A stretch of DNA of 62,896 nucleotides, filler included, from Octopus bimaculoides (GCF_001194135.2; 7 parts of 7 records of this genome joined end to end with filler, not necessarily neighbours in it); one strand, 5' to 3'; counted from the first letter of the whole stretch, positions 1 through 14,716 are shown. The notes: a model not told the origin generated them from the sequence alone. Program-made: numbers and translations.

Positions 1-1704
1 ACACATAACGAGAGACATGTACGGGACAAAATACCAAAACACTTTAACCCTTCCTGAGTTGTTGACTGTTAATTACTCCCTATTTCGAGCTTTCAACGAC
101 AAGATAGGAAACCTTCATAAAATAGTAGCATCCAGAAATTTTGGAAATATAAAATTTATGGAGAGTTAGAGCTTCGAACGAACAAACAACGACAGAGTGG
201 ACGTAGAGAGTAGACAATTGAAGACAAACATTAAGGGCCGTGAGGCCAATATATATATATATATATATATATATTATTACAATTAAAAGGGTAAAGGATT
301 ATCAATTTATTAATTTATTAATAAATTAATAATTAATCATTTTTACCAAGCTCTTCGGTATGTAAGCACCATTATCGGTGTGGAACTTATTTAAAAGTTC
401 TTATACATTTATAAACAAAATTAAGGGATCAGCAACAGGTTGCTTCACCACATACCGAAGTTCAGAAATAGCAGCTAAAAATGCTGAAGCTCCAATAGAT
501 AGCAGTTACCCGCAACTCACATAGGCAAAACAAGAAGAAANNNNNNNNNNNNNNNNNNNNNNNNNNNNNNNNNNNNNNNNNNNNNNNNNNNNNNNNNNNN
601 NNNNNNNNNNNNNNNNNNNNNNNNNNNNNNNNNNNNNNNNNNNNNNNNNNNNNNNNNNNNNNNNNNNNNNNNNNNNNNNNNNNNNNNNNNNNNNNNNNNN
701 NNNNNNNNNNNNNNNNNNNNNNNNNNNNNNNNNNNNNNNNNNNNNNNNNNNNNNNNNNNNNNNNNNNNNNNNNNNNNNNNNNNNNNNNNNNNNNNNNNNN
801 NNNNNNNNNNNNNNNNNNNNNNNNNNNNNNNNNNNNNNNNNNNNNNNNNNNNNNNNNNNNNNNNNNNNNNNNNNNNNNNNNNNNNNNNNNNNNNNNNNNN
901 NNNNNNNNNNNNNNNNNNNNNNNNNNNNNNNNNNNNNNNNNNNNNNNNNNTGTATACAGACATATATATATTTGTTAGTATGCATGTATATATGTATGTA
1001 CAGCTTAATAAAAATGTTAGGTTCCAACACAGTAACTCCTTTGATAAAACATGTTTGAATAAAGAAGCTGCAGTGAAGTATACATATACAAATACATACA
1101 TTAGCACACAAACATACACGCACGCATATTTGTATGCGCGCATGTACCAAAGTTTCTGGCTATTCATTTATTGATAAATGACTGTCTGACATTTCAAGAT
1201 AATTTAGCGAAACGCTATTAGGTATATTTTAACGCGTCTTTAATATGACAATAGAAAAAAATAGTTGACTGGTTATAGACAGTATGTAAGAAATACAGTA
1301 TTAAGGATTTGCCTCAGAAAAGTATCGATAAAGAGAAATACTTTAGAATTACTCTTCCAATTATATCAGATGTTTTTATTTCGAGATAAGTGGAAAAAGA
1401 ATTTTAAAAACTATACAGTAAGTAGCAGGCAAAATCGACGGAATTACTCGATAAACTGGTAGCGAATAATTTCTTAAAACATTAAAGTAATCGTATTATT
1501 ATTTATATTCATTTCTATTTCTTATTCACCGATAGATCTAGCATGCTGGATACTGAGAATACACAATAAAGAAAGTATATTTTTATGTATAATCTATGAT
1601 ACGTAAGTCATTTTGAAGAGAAAAGATGTTCATCGCAAAACTCATAGCATCATACCCAAAAAGAGAGGCTAGTAAACTACTATATTATGCCAATCTTACT
1701 TTGC

Positions 1705-2125
1705 AAGACAGAAACTTGGAGAACAAAAAGGAGCAATGAAAAAGAAGGTATATGCCTTTGAGGTGTGAATCTTTCGTAGATTGGGCAGAAGATGCTTGAA
1801 ATGTCGTAACGAACGCTGTAGTACTAGCAAAGGTGAAAGTCCAAAGACACCTATTGTCGATTATTAAGTCCACAAAACTATCATATTTTGGACATATGAC
1901 GCGTTACATTTTGGACATAAGATGCGTAAGTCATTGTCAAAGACTATCCTGGCAAAAAGTTAAGATACGAAGGGAGCAAAATGCAGAAAAAGACGCTTTT
2001 GGACTAGTGACATCAAACAATGAACTGGAATCAAGAGCCTGGCTGAGTGTATGCATACAGCACAACACATATGAAAGAGGAGAGTCTTGTCAGACCCACT
2101 ACTAGGCATGGATGATGGTTACTGA
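1705..2125 (+). mobile_element. RTE-clade LINE 3' fragment (decayed ORF C-terminus)
   Basis: KKKVYAFEV...LLSIIKSTKLSYFGHMTR matches the post-RT region of RTE elements; frameshifted. Confidence 0.75.
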
Positions 2126-2204
2126 TAGCTGATGATTACTTGTGGACTTGTGGAAGATTTGAAATTATAAGTAAAAACAAATGAAGCCATCATCAGGCGG
2201 ACAA

Positions 2205-2712
2205 TTGATGGAATCGTGTACGTGCCGAATACCGTAAATCCTCGAGTATAGTCCGCAGGGGATTTTTAGGGGGCTGTACCTCTGAAAAACCTAAACCTTG
2301 TGTATAATGCGCACCCCTTCTCTAACTTGAGTCAAGGAGGTCTATATAACGTCCTTGGTTTGTAAACGTATACGGTAACGTCCTTTATTATTATTGTATA
2401 TATAACATAATGCAAACGTGTAGCTTTTTTGTGCACCTTGTTTGCAGAAAATAAAGAAATAACAGTAATAACGTCAGTGAAAATTAAATACTAAATAAAT
2501 TGCCTTTACATATTTATCACTTAGAAGATTTTGCTTAGAAAATATTTTTCATTTTTAAACTCGTATATAGTACGCACTAGAAATTTTGACCTTTAAATTT
2601 TTGGAAAAAAGTGCGGATTATACTCGAGGATTTACGGTAGTTTGACGTTATTTGTCGCAACTCTCTCTGCTATGAGTTCAAATACCGTTGAGGTCAACTT
2701 CGCTTTTCATCT
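2205..2712 (+). mobile_element. Degenerate SINE (family B) interrupted by the MITE
   Basis: gaatcgtgtacgtgccg before and gagttcaaataccgttgaggtcaacttcgcttttcatc after the MITE align with intact copies at 17075-17248 and 37415-37612. Confidence 0.55.
2232..2637. mobile_element. 406-bp pogo/Tc1-mariner-type MITE
   Basis: 26-bp TIRs CCGTAAATCCTCGAGTATA(G/A)TCCGCA with 1 mismatch, flanked by TA on both sides (2230-31, 2638-39). Confidence 0.9.
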
Positions 2713-2976
2713 TTTCTAGATCGATAAATAAATTACCAATTCAATACTAGGGTCCACTCTCCTATTCTCTGTCGAAGAATTTGACTGTAATAAACCAGGA
2801 GAAGGAGGGGCTCTACTTTGTTTAAAATGACCCAAATACTCCCTATATATATGCCACAATAGTACTTTTATAAACTTCATTAGGGGCTTGAAGGTCACGG
2901 AGGAAAGATGCTTAGCAACTCATTTTGAAAGATCCCATTTCTTGTGAATATATTGTTAAACTTATAAACATACGCA

Positions 2977-3031
<55 letters not shown>

Positions 3032-3974
3032 NNNNNNNNNNNNNNNNNNNNNNNNNNNNNNNNNNNNNNNNNNNNNNNNNNNNNNNNNNNNNNNNNNNNN
3101 NNNNNNNNNNNNNNNNNNNNNNNNNNNNNNNNNNNNNNNNNNNNNNNNNNNNNNNNNNNNNNNNNNNNNNNNNNNNNNNNNNNNNNNNNNNNNNNNNNNN
3201 NNNNNNNNNNNNNNNNNNNNNNNNNNNNNNNNNNNNNNNNNNNNNNNNNNNNNNNNNNNNNNNNNNNNNNNNNNNNNNNNNNNNNNNNNNNNNNNNNNNN
3301 NNNNNNNNNNNNNNNNNNNNNNNNNNNNNNNNNNNNNNNNNNNNNNNNNNNNNNNNNNNNNNNNNNNNNNNNNNNNNNNNNNNNNNNNNNNNNNNNNNNN
3401 NNNNNNNNNNNNNNNNNNNNNNNNNNNNNNNNNNNNNNNNNNNNNNNNNNNNNNNNNNNNNNNNNNNNNNNNNNNNNNNNNNNNNNNNNNNNNNNNNNNN
3501 NNNNNNNNNNNNNNNNNNNNNNNNNNNNNNNNNNNNNNNNNNNNNNNNNNNNNNNNNNNNNNNNNNNNNNNNNNNNNNNNNNNNNNNNNNNNNNNNNNNN
3601 NNNNNNNNNNNNNNNNNNNNNNNNNNNNNNNNNNNNNNNNNNNNNNNNNNNNNNNNNNNNNNNNNNNNNNNNNNNNNNNNNNNNNNNNNNNNNNNNNNNN
3701 NNNNNNNNNNNNNNNNNNNNNNNNNNNNNNNNNNNNNNNNNNNNNNNNNNNNNNNNNNNNNNNNNNNNNNNNNNNNNNNNNNNTTATTTATTTATATATA
3801 TATACATACATACATAGCGTAATGGGGATGAAAATAAGACGCATTCCAATTAGGCAAATAGCAGCAAACATACAATCTCATTATCTTCAACAGAACACTA
3901 CATTCGCGCGCACACGCACGTGCACACACACACACGCCTGCGCACGTACACATACGCGAACACACAAAAAGACA

Positions 3975-4019
<45 letters not shown>

Positions 4020-4239
4020 AACGTGTCCTTTCGATCGCAATAAAAAAAATCACTAATTGACTAACAACGGAAATATCCACGGTCTTTTCTTTTTAATGAA
4101 CTTGTTCATAATTAGATAGAATATTATTCCAAGCCTCTGGAACCGATGATACTAAAAAGGCCAAGACAATACATTACAATATAATAAATATCATATAATA
4201 TAATAATATAATAATCTATAACATTCACTGTATGTGTGA

Positions 4240-4497
4240 TTAGATGATGGGAATTAAGTGCATAACATGCAACCTTTTATCTAGATTAGAACTAAAGCGG
4301 AACCTCGTTCCCCTTCTTTCAAGATCAAACAAAAACATGCAAAATTCATGCAATATATTGTTGTCTATATATTGCCTTTCGATACAACTGATTGCTTGCC
4401 TTTGTACACGACGATCAGTTTTTGCCCAGCGGCAGGAATTTGGGTAGAGATGGTTCAATGTATACCTGGATATCGCTGGGATAGTTACATCATCAAA
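4240..4497 (-). CDS. Unassigned candidate terminal exon (FDDVTIPAISRY...HLIPII*)
   Basis: Unique sequence, acceptor ttgcttctttttcAG, 85 open codons in the only open frame; no recognised homology and no partner exon. Confidence 0.2.
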   Translation of the reverse strand, partial: FDDVTIPAISRYTLNHLYPNSCRWAKTDRRVQRQAISCIERQYIDNNILHEFCMFLFDLERRGTRFRFSSNLDKRLHVMHLIPII

Positions 4498-4972
4498 CTG
4501 AAAAAGAAGCAAAGCCGGTTTAATATCAGCATGGAAATAAGAAAATAAAATGTACACTAAGACACAATCAGGAAATTAACTTTCAGGAAAATATGCTTTT
4601 ACCATTTCGCCATATTTTCCGAAACATGCATAATGTAATGGTTTTATAATTTGGCAAATTGAAGGTGGCGATTTAATAGAATCGTTTGTGCGTCGAACAC
4701 AATGCCCTGCGGTATATGCTCTGGATTTCTGCGCTGGTGTAAAAACCATGTATTTTATGAGATAACGTGAATGTCTCTATGGGGCTCTTAAACTGCTAGC
4801 AATAAAACCCAACTCTCCTTCAAATCATACCATGAAGTCTTAAAGTATGTATTTGACAAGGTAGCCTGCAGGGATGGTCACAAGTGAAATGTCTTTCAAT
4901 ATTAGGTATGCTTGATCAGGGCCGAACCGGAGGTAAATATCATGATCATCATCAACAACATCTACTAAGACA

Positions 4973-5015
<43 letters not shown>

Positions 5016-5849
5016 TGAAGTGAAGACGTTATAGTCCAATGAATCGCTTCTAGTAAATTATAGTCACTTAATTAACGGCGATAAAACCTTTTCTTTTAAT
5101 CCGGATACAAAGAAACAACTAAAAACGATACAGCATTTGATCCGGCATTCTATTGATTCAGCCTCTCAACTGCCATCGAAGCAGACATAATATTGAAAAT
5201 ATTTCATTTCTGGAGCAATCATATTGATATACAATTATTGCGTTGAGTGAAAAATGATAAAGACATAATACAAAGGACAAAAGTCTCTTTGTTTTGCATT
5301 GACAATCGTAAACAAAGAAGCTCTATTCCTTGTATAGGATTACTGAGAGAGAAAGGCTATTGAAAAACAGGAGGCAGAATATCGGTTGCTATTATATAAC
5401 TACTTGTGTATTTCCGTGACAAAACTCTACTATTCAGTCAAAACAAATTTATTAATAAATTCAATATTGATTCCTTTTGAAAAAGGAAAACACTCCACTC
5501 CGAACTTTGCCTAAAAATATAAAAAACGGGGCGAGGTTTAATGATTAAAGAAAAAAAAGTAATAAACGAAGAAGGTGTGGTGAGAATGAATGAATTTTTA
5601 GGCACTTGTTGCGAGAGGTGTGGAAGTATGAATTTCTTTATGTTCCGAGTAGACTTCGCGATACAGTTTCTATTTCCGGATGGATAATTTTAATTCATTT
5701 ACGTTGAGAATGCTCTTGGGAAAGGAATGAATGCTACGATACCACTCAAGCTTTTTTTTTAAATCTTTTTATATATACTGGCTGAAACACTGCCTCCCTT
5801 GCGGTTTTCCGCTTCGTTTATATAATAATGTAATATATGTATACATACG

Positions 5850-6031
5850 CATACGCGTTCGCACAAACACACACACACAAACACACACACACACACACAC
5901 ACACATACACACACACACACACACAACTGATTGACACCTTTTAATATATACAGAACTAGATTGTTTAATATATCTTTTGTTTATGAATTGAAAGAAATTT
6001 TACTAACTGTTAGTTAGGGACACTAAGGTGA

Positions 6032-6072
<41 letters not shown>

Positions 6073-6084
6073 CTCTCGCTCTCG

Positions 6085-6161
<77 letters not shown>

Positions 6162-6170
6162 CGTGCGTGT
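5850..6170. repeat. Representative microsatellite cluster (CA)n, (TATC)n, (TA)n, (TG)n
   Basis: Directly visible; dozens of similar tracts occur across the window, mostly at gap edges. Confidence 0.95.
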
Positions 6171-6434
6171 GTGTGTGTATCTATCTATTTAACTTTCAAC
6201 CTGCCTTCCTATATACACACATATCACATATATGTATGTGTATCTGCGAATGACATTTCACCTTTTTATGTGAATGTATATGTACATACATACTTGAATA
6301 CATCTTAATACATACATACATTCATACTTATAGATATGTACTTGATTGTTAATCATCCGAGAATTTGAAGTAGCCTTTTCTTTTTACATGTATACATGTA
6401 AAATTTTCTACATTAAAACTCTAGCTTTTACCTG

Positions 6435-6471
<37 letters not shown>

Positions 6472-6853
6472 TTATCTATCTATGTTTCTATCTGTCTGGC
6501 TATATGTGTGTATATATATATATCTCCCTCTTTCTCTCCAATCATTCTTCTGTGTTTCTATCGTTTCCACACTTCAAATGATTCTTTCTCTCTCCCATTC
6601 TCCTCTTCCCTCGGTGTTCACTTCTCTCACGTTCTCTCTCTTACACTTTCTATTTTATTCGAGAAATGGTTGAATTCGTTCATTGCTTCATCCAGGCAAC
6701 AGCCGTTAAAAGCTCACACCACGTGAGCTTCGGATTAGTTAAGGAAAACAGTAAAGGAAAGGATTTCCGGTTAAGTATATGCATTTAGGTACAAACCTCA
6801 AACACAAACACATACATACATATAAATCTTATAAATATAAATGCATATATATG

Positions 6854-6902
<49 letters not shown>

Positions 6903-7141
6903 NNNNNNNNNNNNNNNNNNNNNNNNNNNNNNNNNNNNNNNNNNNNNNNNNNNNNNNNNNNNNNNNNNNAGCTCACACCACGTGAGCTTCGGATTAGTTA
7001 AGGAAAGCAGTAAAGGAAAGGATTTCCGGTTAAGTATATGCATTTAGGTACAAACCTCAAACACAAACACATACATACATATAAATCTTATAAATATAAA
7101 TGCATATATATGTATATATATATACATACATATACATATGT

Positions 7142-7173
<32 letters not shown>

Positions 7174-7453
7174 GTACATATACATATATGTAAATGCATA
7201 ATAAAGGCAAAAGCCTACTTTTGCAATCTAGATTAACAAACTCCATACCGGAAATAGCAGCCATAGTATTAATTTTGAAGCTGAAATTTTATAGTTTCAG
7301 CTTCAGAAACCAATCCATGTTTATAATGTATATATATTAATATATTATTTTTGATCTCAGAATATATTCCACACAATGAATGTTTTATCTTCAATAATTG
7401 TATAAATCTCTATCACTCACATTCTTTCTTTGTATCTACGTGCAAACATACTA

Positions 7454-7500
<47 letters not shown>

Positions 7501-8657
7501 ACATACATACATACATACATACATACATACATAAATACATACATGTATATAAACATATATTTAAACACATATATATTTATATAAAACATGAGAGAAAAAG
7601 ATAAGATTAATAAAAGTTTATTGACGCTGACAAGGCCAAACCTACAATTGTTTTAATTCATGACTTGCAGCATACACAAACACACACATATATATTTATA
7701 TAAAACATGAGAGAAAAAGATAAGANNNNNNNNNNNNNNNNNNNNNNNNNNNNNNNNNNNNNNNNNNNNNNNNNNNNNNNNNNNNNNNNNNNNNNNNNNN
7801 NNNNNNNNNNNNNNNNNNNNNNNNNNNNNNNNNNNNNNNNNNNNNNNNNNNNNNNNNNNNNNNNNNNNNNNNNNNNNNNNNNNNNNNNNNNNNNNNNNNN
7901 NNNNNNNNNNNNNNNNNNNNNNNNNNNNNNNNNNNNNNNNNNNNNNNNNNNNNNNNNNNNNNNNNNNNNNNNNNNNNNNNNNNNNNNNNNNNNNNNNNNN
8001 NNNNNNNNNNNNNNNNNNNNNNNNNNNNNNNNNNNNNNNNNNNNNNNNNNNNNNNNNNNNNNNNNNNNNNNNNNNNNNNNNNNNNNNNNNNNNNNNNNNN
8101 NNNNNNNNNNNNNNNNNNNNNNNNNNNNNNNNNNNNNNNNNNNNNNNNNNNNNNNNNNNNNNNNNNNNNNNNNNNNNNNNNNNNNNNNNNNNNNNNNNNN
8201 NNNNNNNNNNNNNNNNNNNNNNNNNNNNNNNNNNNNNNNNNNNNNNNNNNNNNNNNNNNNNNNNNNNNNNNNNNNNNNNNNNNNNNNNNNNNNNNNNNNN
8301 NNNNNNNNNNNNNNNNNNNNNNNNNNNNNNNNNNNNNNNNNNNNNNNNNNNNNNNNNNNNNNNNNNNNNNNNNNNNNNNNNNNNNNNNNNNNNNNNNNNN
8401 NNNNNNNNNNNNNNNNNNNNNNNNNNNNNNNNNNNNNNNNNNNNNNNNNNNNNNNNNNNNNNNNNNNNNNNNNNNNNNNNNNNNNNNNNNNNNNNNNNNN
8501 NNNNNNNNNNNNNNNNNNNNNNNNNNNNNNNNNNNNNNNNNNNNNNNNNNNNNNNNNNNNNNNNNNNNNNNNNNNNNNNNNNNNNNNNNNNNNNNNNNNN
8601 NNNNNNNNNNNNNNNNNNNNNNNNNNNNNNNNNNNNNNNNNNNNNNNNNNNNNNNNN

Positions 8658-8719
<62 letters not shown>

Positions 8720-9282
8720 GCGTGCGTGCGTGTGTGTGTGTATATGTAAGTAGATAGATAGGTAACGAGACTGATAGATAGATAGGGAGATGAATAAATA
8801 GATACATATATATGTACATACACGTGTGAGCGTGTATATATGTATGTATGTATATACACAAACACGTGTGTGTGTGTTTCTGTGTGCGTGCGCGCGTGTA
8901 TGTGTGTAGTCTCAATAAGTAGTTCTTTTGTTTTTATCTTATGCTTTACAAGAATACGTGTTCTCTAAGCGACTACAAAATATATGCGCATATATTATAT
9001 AACTTCTGCTTTGATTCCAAAGTCGAGTCTACGAAAAGTGCAACTACGTTATATATATATGCTTGCAATCTTCCGTTCTGGAAACATCATCAGGGAAAAA
9101 AAACATTTCCCTTGGAAATAACTGGGAAATATTGAGATATCCTGCAGTTATATTAAAATATCTAGCAGCATATTATCCCATATTACCATATTACCATATT
9201 GCTATGAAGTAATTCTGTATCGTAAAACGCTTTCCTGTATATGTACATTTTTCGGTATATGAAATTTAAGAAGCGTAAATTA

Positions 9283-9328
<46 letters not shown>

Positions 9329-9999
9329 TTATCTATCTATCTGTATGTATGTATATATATTTATCTAACTGTCTATCTATCTATNNNNNNNNNNNNNNNN
9401 NNNNNNNNNNNNNNNNNNNNNNNNNNNNNNNNNNNNNNNNNNNNNNNNNNNNNNNNNNNNNNNNNNNNNNNNNNNNNNNNNNNNNNNNNNNNNNNNNNNN
9501 NNNNNNNNNNNNNNNNNNNNNNNNNNNNNNNNNNNNNNNNNNNNNNNNNNNNNNNNNNNNNNNNNNNNNNNNNNNNNNNNNNNNNNNNNNNNNNNNNNNN
9601 NNNNNNNNNNNNNNNNNNNNNNNNNNNNNNNNNNNNNNNNNNNNNNNNNNNNNNNNNNNNNNNNNNNNNNNNNNNNNNNNNNNNNNNNNNNNNNNNNNNN
9701 NNNNNNNNNNNNNNNNNNNNNNNNNNNNNNNNNNNNNNNNNNNNNNNNNNNNNNNNNNNNNNNNNNNNNNNNNNNNNNNNNNNNNNNNNNNNNNNNNNNN
9801 NNNNNNNNNNNNNNNNNNNNNNNNNNNNNNNNNNNNNNNNNNNNNNNNNNNNNNNNNNNNNNNNNNNNNNNNNNTGTCTGGTTAAAGCTGAACACTAATA
9901 CGTTGTCTTCGACGAATGACTTCATTCTGTGTGCGTGCGCGCGCGTGTGTGTTAGATAAGGAGAAAATAAAAAAAAAGGCGTAACGATTAAACTATCTC

Positions 10000-10290
10000 T
10001 TCTTTTAATCCATGTTTCCCCTTGTGGAGCATAGGGCCTCAACCGTTATTTTCCACTTTTTGCTATCATTGGCGTGTTTCTTGGCTGCTTCCCATGTCAG
10101 GCCGGTAGTCCTGAGCTCGTCCAAAATGCTCAGTTTCTATATCTGCTTCGGGCCCTTTCCTACAGGTCGGTGTTTGGCACTCTGTCGAACCACATCAGAT
10201 GGAGGATCTGCCGGAGGCATTTGTTGATGAAGGTCTGGATCTGCTTGTAGTTGTTGCAGGGTGGCTCTCCCTGTTTGACGATTAAACGCA
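10000..10290 (-). mobile_element. RTE-clade LINE 3' fragment
   Basis: QIQTFINKCLRQILHLMWFDRVPNTDL and LTWEAAKKHANDSKKWKITVEALCS are typical RTE C-terminal motifs; internally deleted. Confidence 0.75.
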
Positions 10291-10415
10291 AGGGATAAAT
10301 TTTGACAAATGTGTTATTTGTATGACAATTGAAAGGAAGGGAAAGAGTTTTGTGCTGCAGCATTCATATTACTGAGACAAGAAAAAGAATAAAAGATTAT
10401 GCAGATGATTATACA

Positions 10416-10792
10416 GGCGCAGAAGCGGCTGTGTGGTAAGTAGCTTACTTATCAACCACATGGTTTCGGGTTCAAGTCCCACTGCGTGGCACCTTCAGCA
10501 AGTGTCTTCTACTATAGCCTCGGGCCAACCAAAGCCTTGTGAGTGGATTTGGTAGACGGAAACTGAAAGAAGCCCGTCATACATATGTATATCTATATAT
10601 GTATGTGCTCCCCTCTACCGATTGACATCCGGTGTTGCTGTGTTTACGTCCCCGTAAACTAGCGGTTCGGCAAAGGAGAAGGATAGAATACCAGGCTTCA
10701 GAAAAAAGTACTTGGGTAGATTCATTCGACTTAAAATTTCTCAAGGCGGTTCCCGAGAATGGCCACAATCTAATGAATGGAACAAATAAAGT
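10416..10792 (+). mobile_element. tRNA-derived SINE, family A
   Basis: A/B-box head ggctgtgtggtaag...gggttcaagtccc, core ccttcagcaagtgtcttctactatagcctcgggcc; many copies in the window. Confidence 0.85.
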
Positions 10793-12442
10793 TAATAGAT
10801 AAATGGAAGTTGTTAAAAAGAAATTTTGAAATTTTTTCTTGAAGATCGAAAAAACGCGTAGAAACTAACTTACTGATACAGGTGCCAACATTATAAAATA
10901 AAATTGATATAAAACGATTAATTTCAAAATCACAAGCCTTTTCTACACTGTCGGAAGAAACCAACAATTTTGTATTCCTATAATGAAAGAGATTGTATCT
11001 TACTCTCCCTACACGGTAGATGAACAGCTAATAAATCATTTCACTAAAAACTTAACTTTCTCATCTGAAAAATAGTTCAGGACATCGTTAAAGCTTTAAG
11101 ATTAGAAATGAACAGAAAACTGCAAATGATTTGCTTGATTACCTCGTATATAATAGCATTTTTCCCAGAAAAAAGGAGGTTAACATACACATACATTAAA
11201 TACTTACATACAAGCATACATGCATACATACATGCATACATACATACATACATACATACATGCATAATACATACATGTGTGTGTAAAAACATACTTATTT
11301 ATATATATGTGTTCTTGTAGGCTGGCATGCCGAAATTTGAGAAGGCAAGTAGAAAGGAAACTTCGAAATCACTGTCATCAGTCCTCTTGTAAATGTGTAA
11401 TAAATATGTACTCTACTAAAAAGTATTGTATAATTCTTCAAATTCTTCAGTTTAATTTGTTTTATATCTAAATTGACACGAAAACGAACATTATGCAAAT
11501 GCTTCACATACATACATATATATGTACACACACACACACACACCCACACACACACACACACACTCACACACACACACACACACACACACACATTTCAATT
11601 TCATTTTCTTCCATTAGTATAGTTGATTATACTTTGGTGAAGAGAATTGCTATACAGGACGCAAGAATCGTATTCCTGGCCGTGAATGTTTTATGTAACC
11701 AAAATCATTTACAAAGGTAGCAACACCACGACTATGGTTTTGTTGTCATCCACTCGTTGCATAAGGATCAAAGTTAAAAATTCATTTTCTCGTTCTAGGA
11801 AAATGTTTTCATTGAGATATTAGACAGAAGTTTCTTAAAGCTCATCCTATCATTAAATAACATAAGACATATATCAGGGGTGGCACAATGATACGATATG
11901 ACCTCCTTGCATAACTGCTGACATGTCGTAATTTTACAAAAACTCGTGATGAAAAATTGTTGTTTGGCTTCATTTTAATATTCTATTATTAGTATTGATT
12001 ATTGTACCTTGTAGATTTATACTTAACAGGCTCCCAAATCTATTAGACTCGGTTTCGCAGAATTAATACGGCTTCATTAAACGCTAGACAAATTTTTGAT
12101 ACATTAAAAAATATTAAAAACCCATCTTATACACTGGCTAAAACAGTAATTAATATTCTTGTGGAAGAAAATATTTTATGTAAAGATGACTTCAATATGT
12201 GTATACGGTTTAAAAGATGCCTAGACATTTTTAGATCGCATTAATTTTTATGGTTTAGTTAAAGGTGGAAGAGAATGACAAGATTCTAAATGTATAACGA
12301 AACAATTATTTGACACTTTATAATATATAAACTATGTATGTTTATAAAGATATATATATATATATATATCATAGCAATAACACTACTACTACTACTAATA
12401 ATAATAATAATAATGATGATAATAATAATAATAATAATAATG

Positions 12443-12500
<58 letters not shown>

Positions 12501-12650
12501 NNNNNNNNNNNNNNNNNNNNNNNNNNNNNNNNNNNNNNNNNNNNNNNNNNNNNNNNNNNNNNNNNNNNNNNNNNNNNNNNNNNNNNNNNNNNNNNNNNNN
12601 NNNNNNNNNNNNNNNNNNNNNNNNNNNNNNNNNNNNNNNNNNNNNNTATA

Positions 12651-12684
<34 letters not shown>

Positions 12685-13018
12685 CATATACATACAGATA
12701 TATGTATGCCTATCTACATATGTATATATATATATATATATATACGTACACATATATAGAGAGAGACATTTATAGGTATGTATTCTTATATATATTATAT
12801 TTATATATTCATACATACACATACGCACACACATTCACACAGTCACCCGTTGAAATAATATACGTATGAAATATTTTAATTCTACATTTTAATATATATT
12901 GATTATGGGATATTGGGTTTTTTAGTTTATAACCGAGAATTTCTTATCCATATTTATATCTATATTTATTTATTTATTTACATATTTATCTATATACACA
13001 CATGTATATACTTACATC

Positions 13019-13055
<37 letters not shown>

Positions 13056-14052
13056 NNNNNNNNNNNNNNNNNNNNNNNNNNNNNNNNNNNNNNNNNNNNN
13101 NNNNNNNNNNNNNNNNNNNNNNNNNNNNNNNNNNNNNNNNNNNNNNNNNNNNNNNNNNNNNNNNNNNNNNNNNNNNNNNNNNNNNNNNNNNNNNNNNNNN
13201 NNNNNNNNNNNNNNNNNNNNNNNNNNNNNNNNNNNNNNNNNNNNNNNNNNNNNNNNNNNNNNNNNNNNNNNNNATATATATATATATACTTACACACATA
13301 CACATAAACAGATAGCACATTCTTAGTTATAAAACCATGAAGACCAATATTCTATAATGTTATCAACACAAGCTAAAATGTAGTATTAAAAATGTTTTTT
13401 GAATATTATCTCTATGGACGAACCCCCACTTTTCCTACCCATCTCAAACTTACGTCAATATTATTTGCCGCGTGATGAGCGCCTGACAGAGATCAAAAAT
13501 GTATGGTTCACATGTAGAGATAATCTTTTCTTCTGTATATATGTGTTTGTCTGTATGTTATTAGAGAGTTTATTTAAAGATTTCTTGACAATAGAGAAAG
13601 AGCCGGTTTCTAAACCACATCCAAATTTCCTTCATTAGACTTTCGATGTCAATAGAGTATTTTTGTCGGTTGTATATGTGTGCGTCTGTGTGTGTGTGGG
13701 GGGGGGGTGCTGCTTTTAGAGGCAGTGCATGCGCAGTTTTGCATGTTTTGTTTTATGTATGTACCCTCATCGATATAATATACATAGAAATATTCGACGG
13801 GTTTCATTTATTTTCCACTCATCTTATCCACTAACAAAGTTTTGGGTGAGCCTAAGGCTACAGTTGAAGGCGCTTGCCCAATTTACCACGCAAGGTGGTT
13901 GAGAAGCAAACTTCTTACCACGTACCCATACAAACACACTCACATGCACACACACTCACATACACACCGAGATGCACATATACACACGCATACACACCTA
14001 TCTATCAATCTCCCTCTGTCTGTCTCTCTGTCTCTCTCTCTGACTCTCTCTG

Positions 14053-14139
<87 letters not shown>

Positions 14140-14660
14140 NNNNNNNNNNNNNNNNNNNNNNNNNNNNNNNNNNNNNNNNNNNNNNNNNNNNNNNNNNNNN
14201 NNNNNNNNNNNNNNNNNNNNNNNNNNNNNNNNNNNNNNNNNNNNNNNNNNNNNNNNNNNNNNNNNNNNNNNNNNNNNNNNNNNNNNNNNNNNNNNNNNNN
14301 NNNNNNNNNNNNNNNNNNNNNNNNNNNNNNNNNNNNNNNNNNNNNNNNNNNNNNNNNNNNNNNNNNNNNNNNNNNNNNNNNNNNNNNNNNNNNNNNNNNN
14401 NNNNNNNNNNNNNNNNNNNNNNNNNNNNNNNNNNNNNNNNNNNNNNNNNNNNNNNNNNNNNNNNNNNNNNNNNNNNNNNNNNNNNNNNNNNNNNNNNNNN
14501 NNNNNNNNNNTATATATTACAATTGAAATATAGGATAAAATCTTTATAAGAATTTATGAAGTAGTTACCGTGAAAAACCTCATAAGAGAAAAATTTATTA
14601 ATTATTCTCTATAAATATATTTATTTATATTAAGGACATTGCTATACACATAGATAGATT

Positions 14661-14716
<56 letters not shown>

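Noticed and set aside
346-382. Very degenerate hammerhead-like motif on minus (CCGATAA-T-GGTG..ATACC-GAAG)
   Set aside because: Three core changes and poor stem I; at most a fossil PLE end. A weaker trace at about 75-110 is also not supportable.
6710-7125. About 150-bp direct duplication either side of a 67-N gap
   Set aside because: Near-identical (one SNP seen) and flanking a gap: an unmerged overlap or two haplotypes.
7560-7725. About 45-bp repeat before a gap; similar mirrored (CA)n blocks at 37855-38030
   Set aside because: Gap-edge duplication, most likely an assembly artefact.
13458-13490. 29-nt microexon-like segment with GTAAGT donor on minus
   Set aside because: No partner exons or homology; such sites arise by chance.
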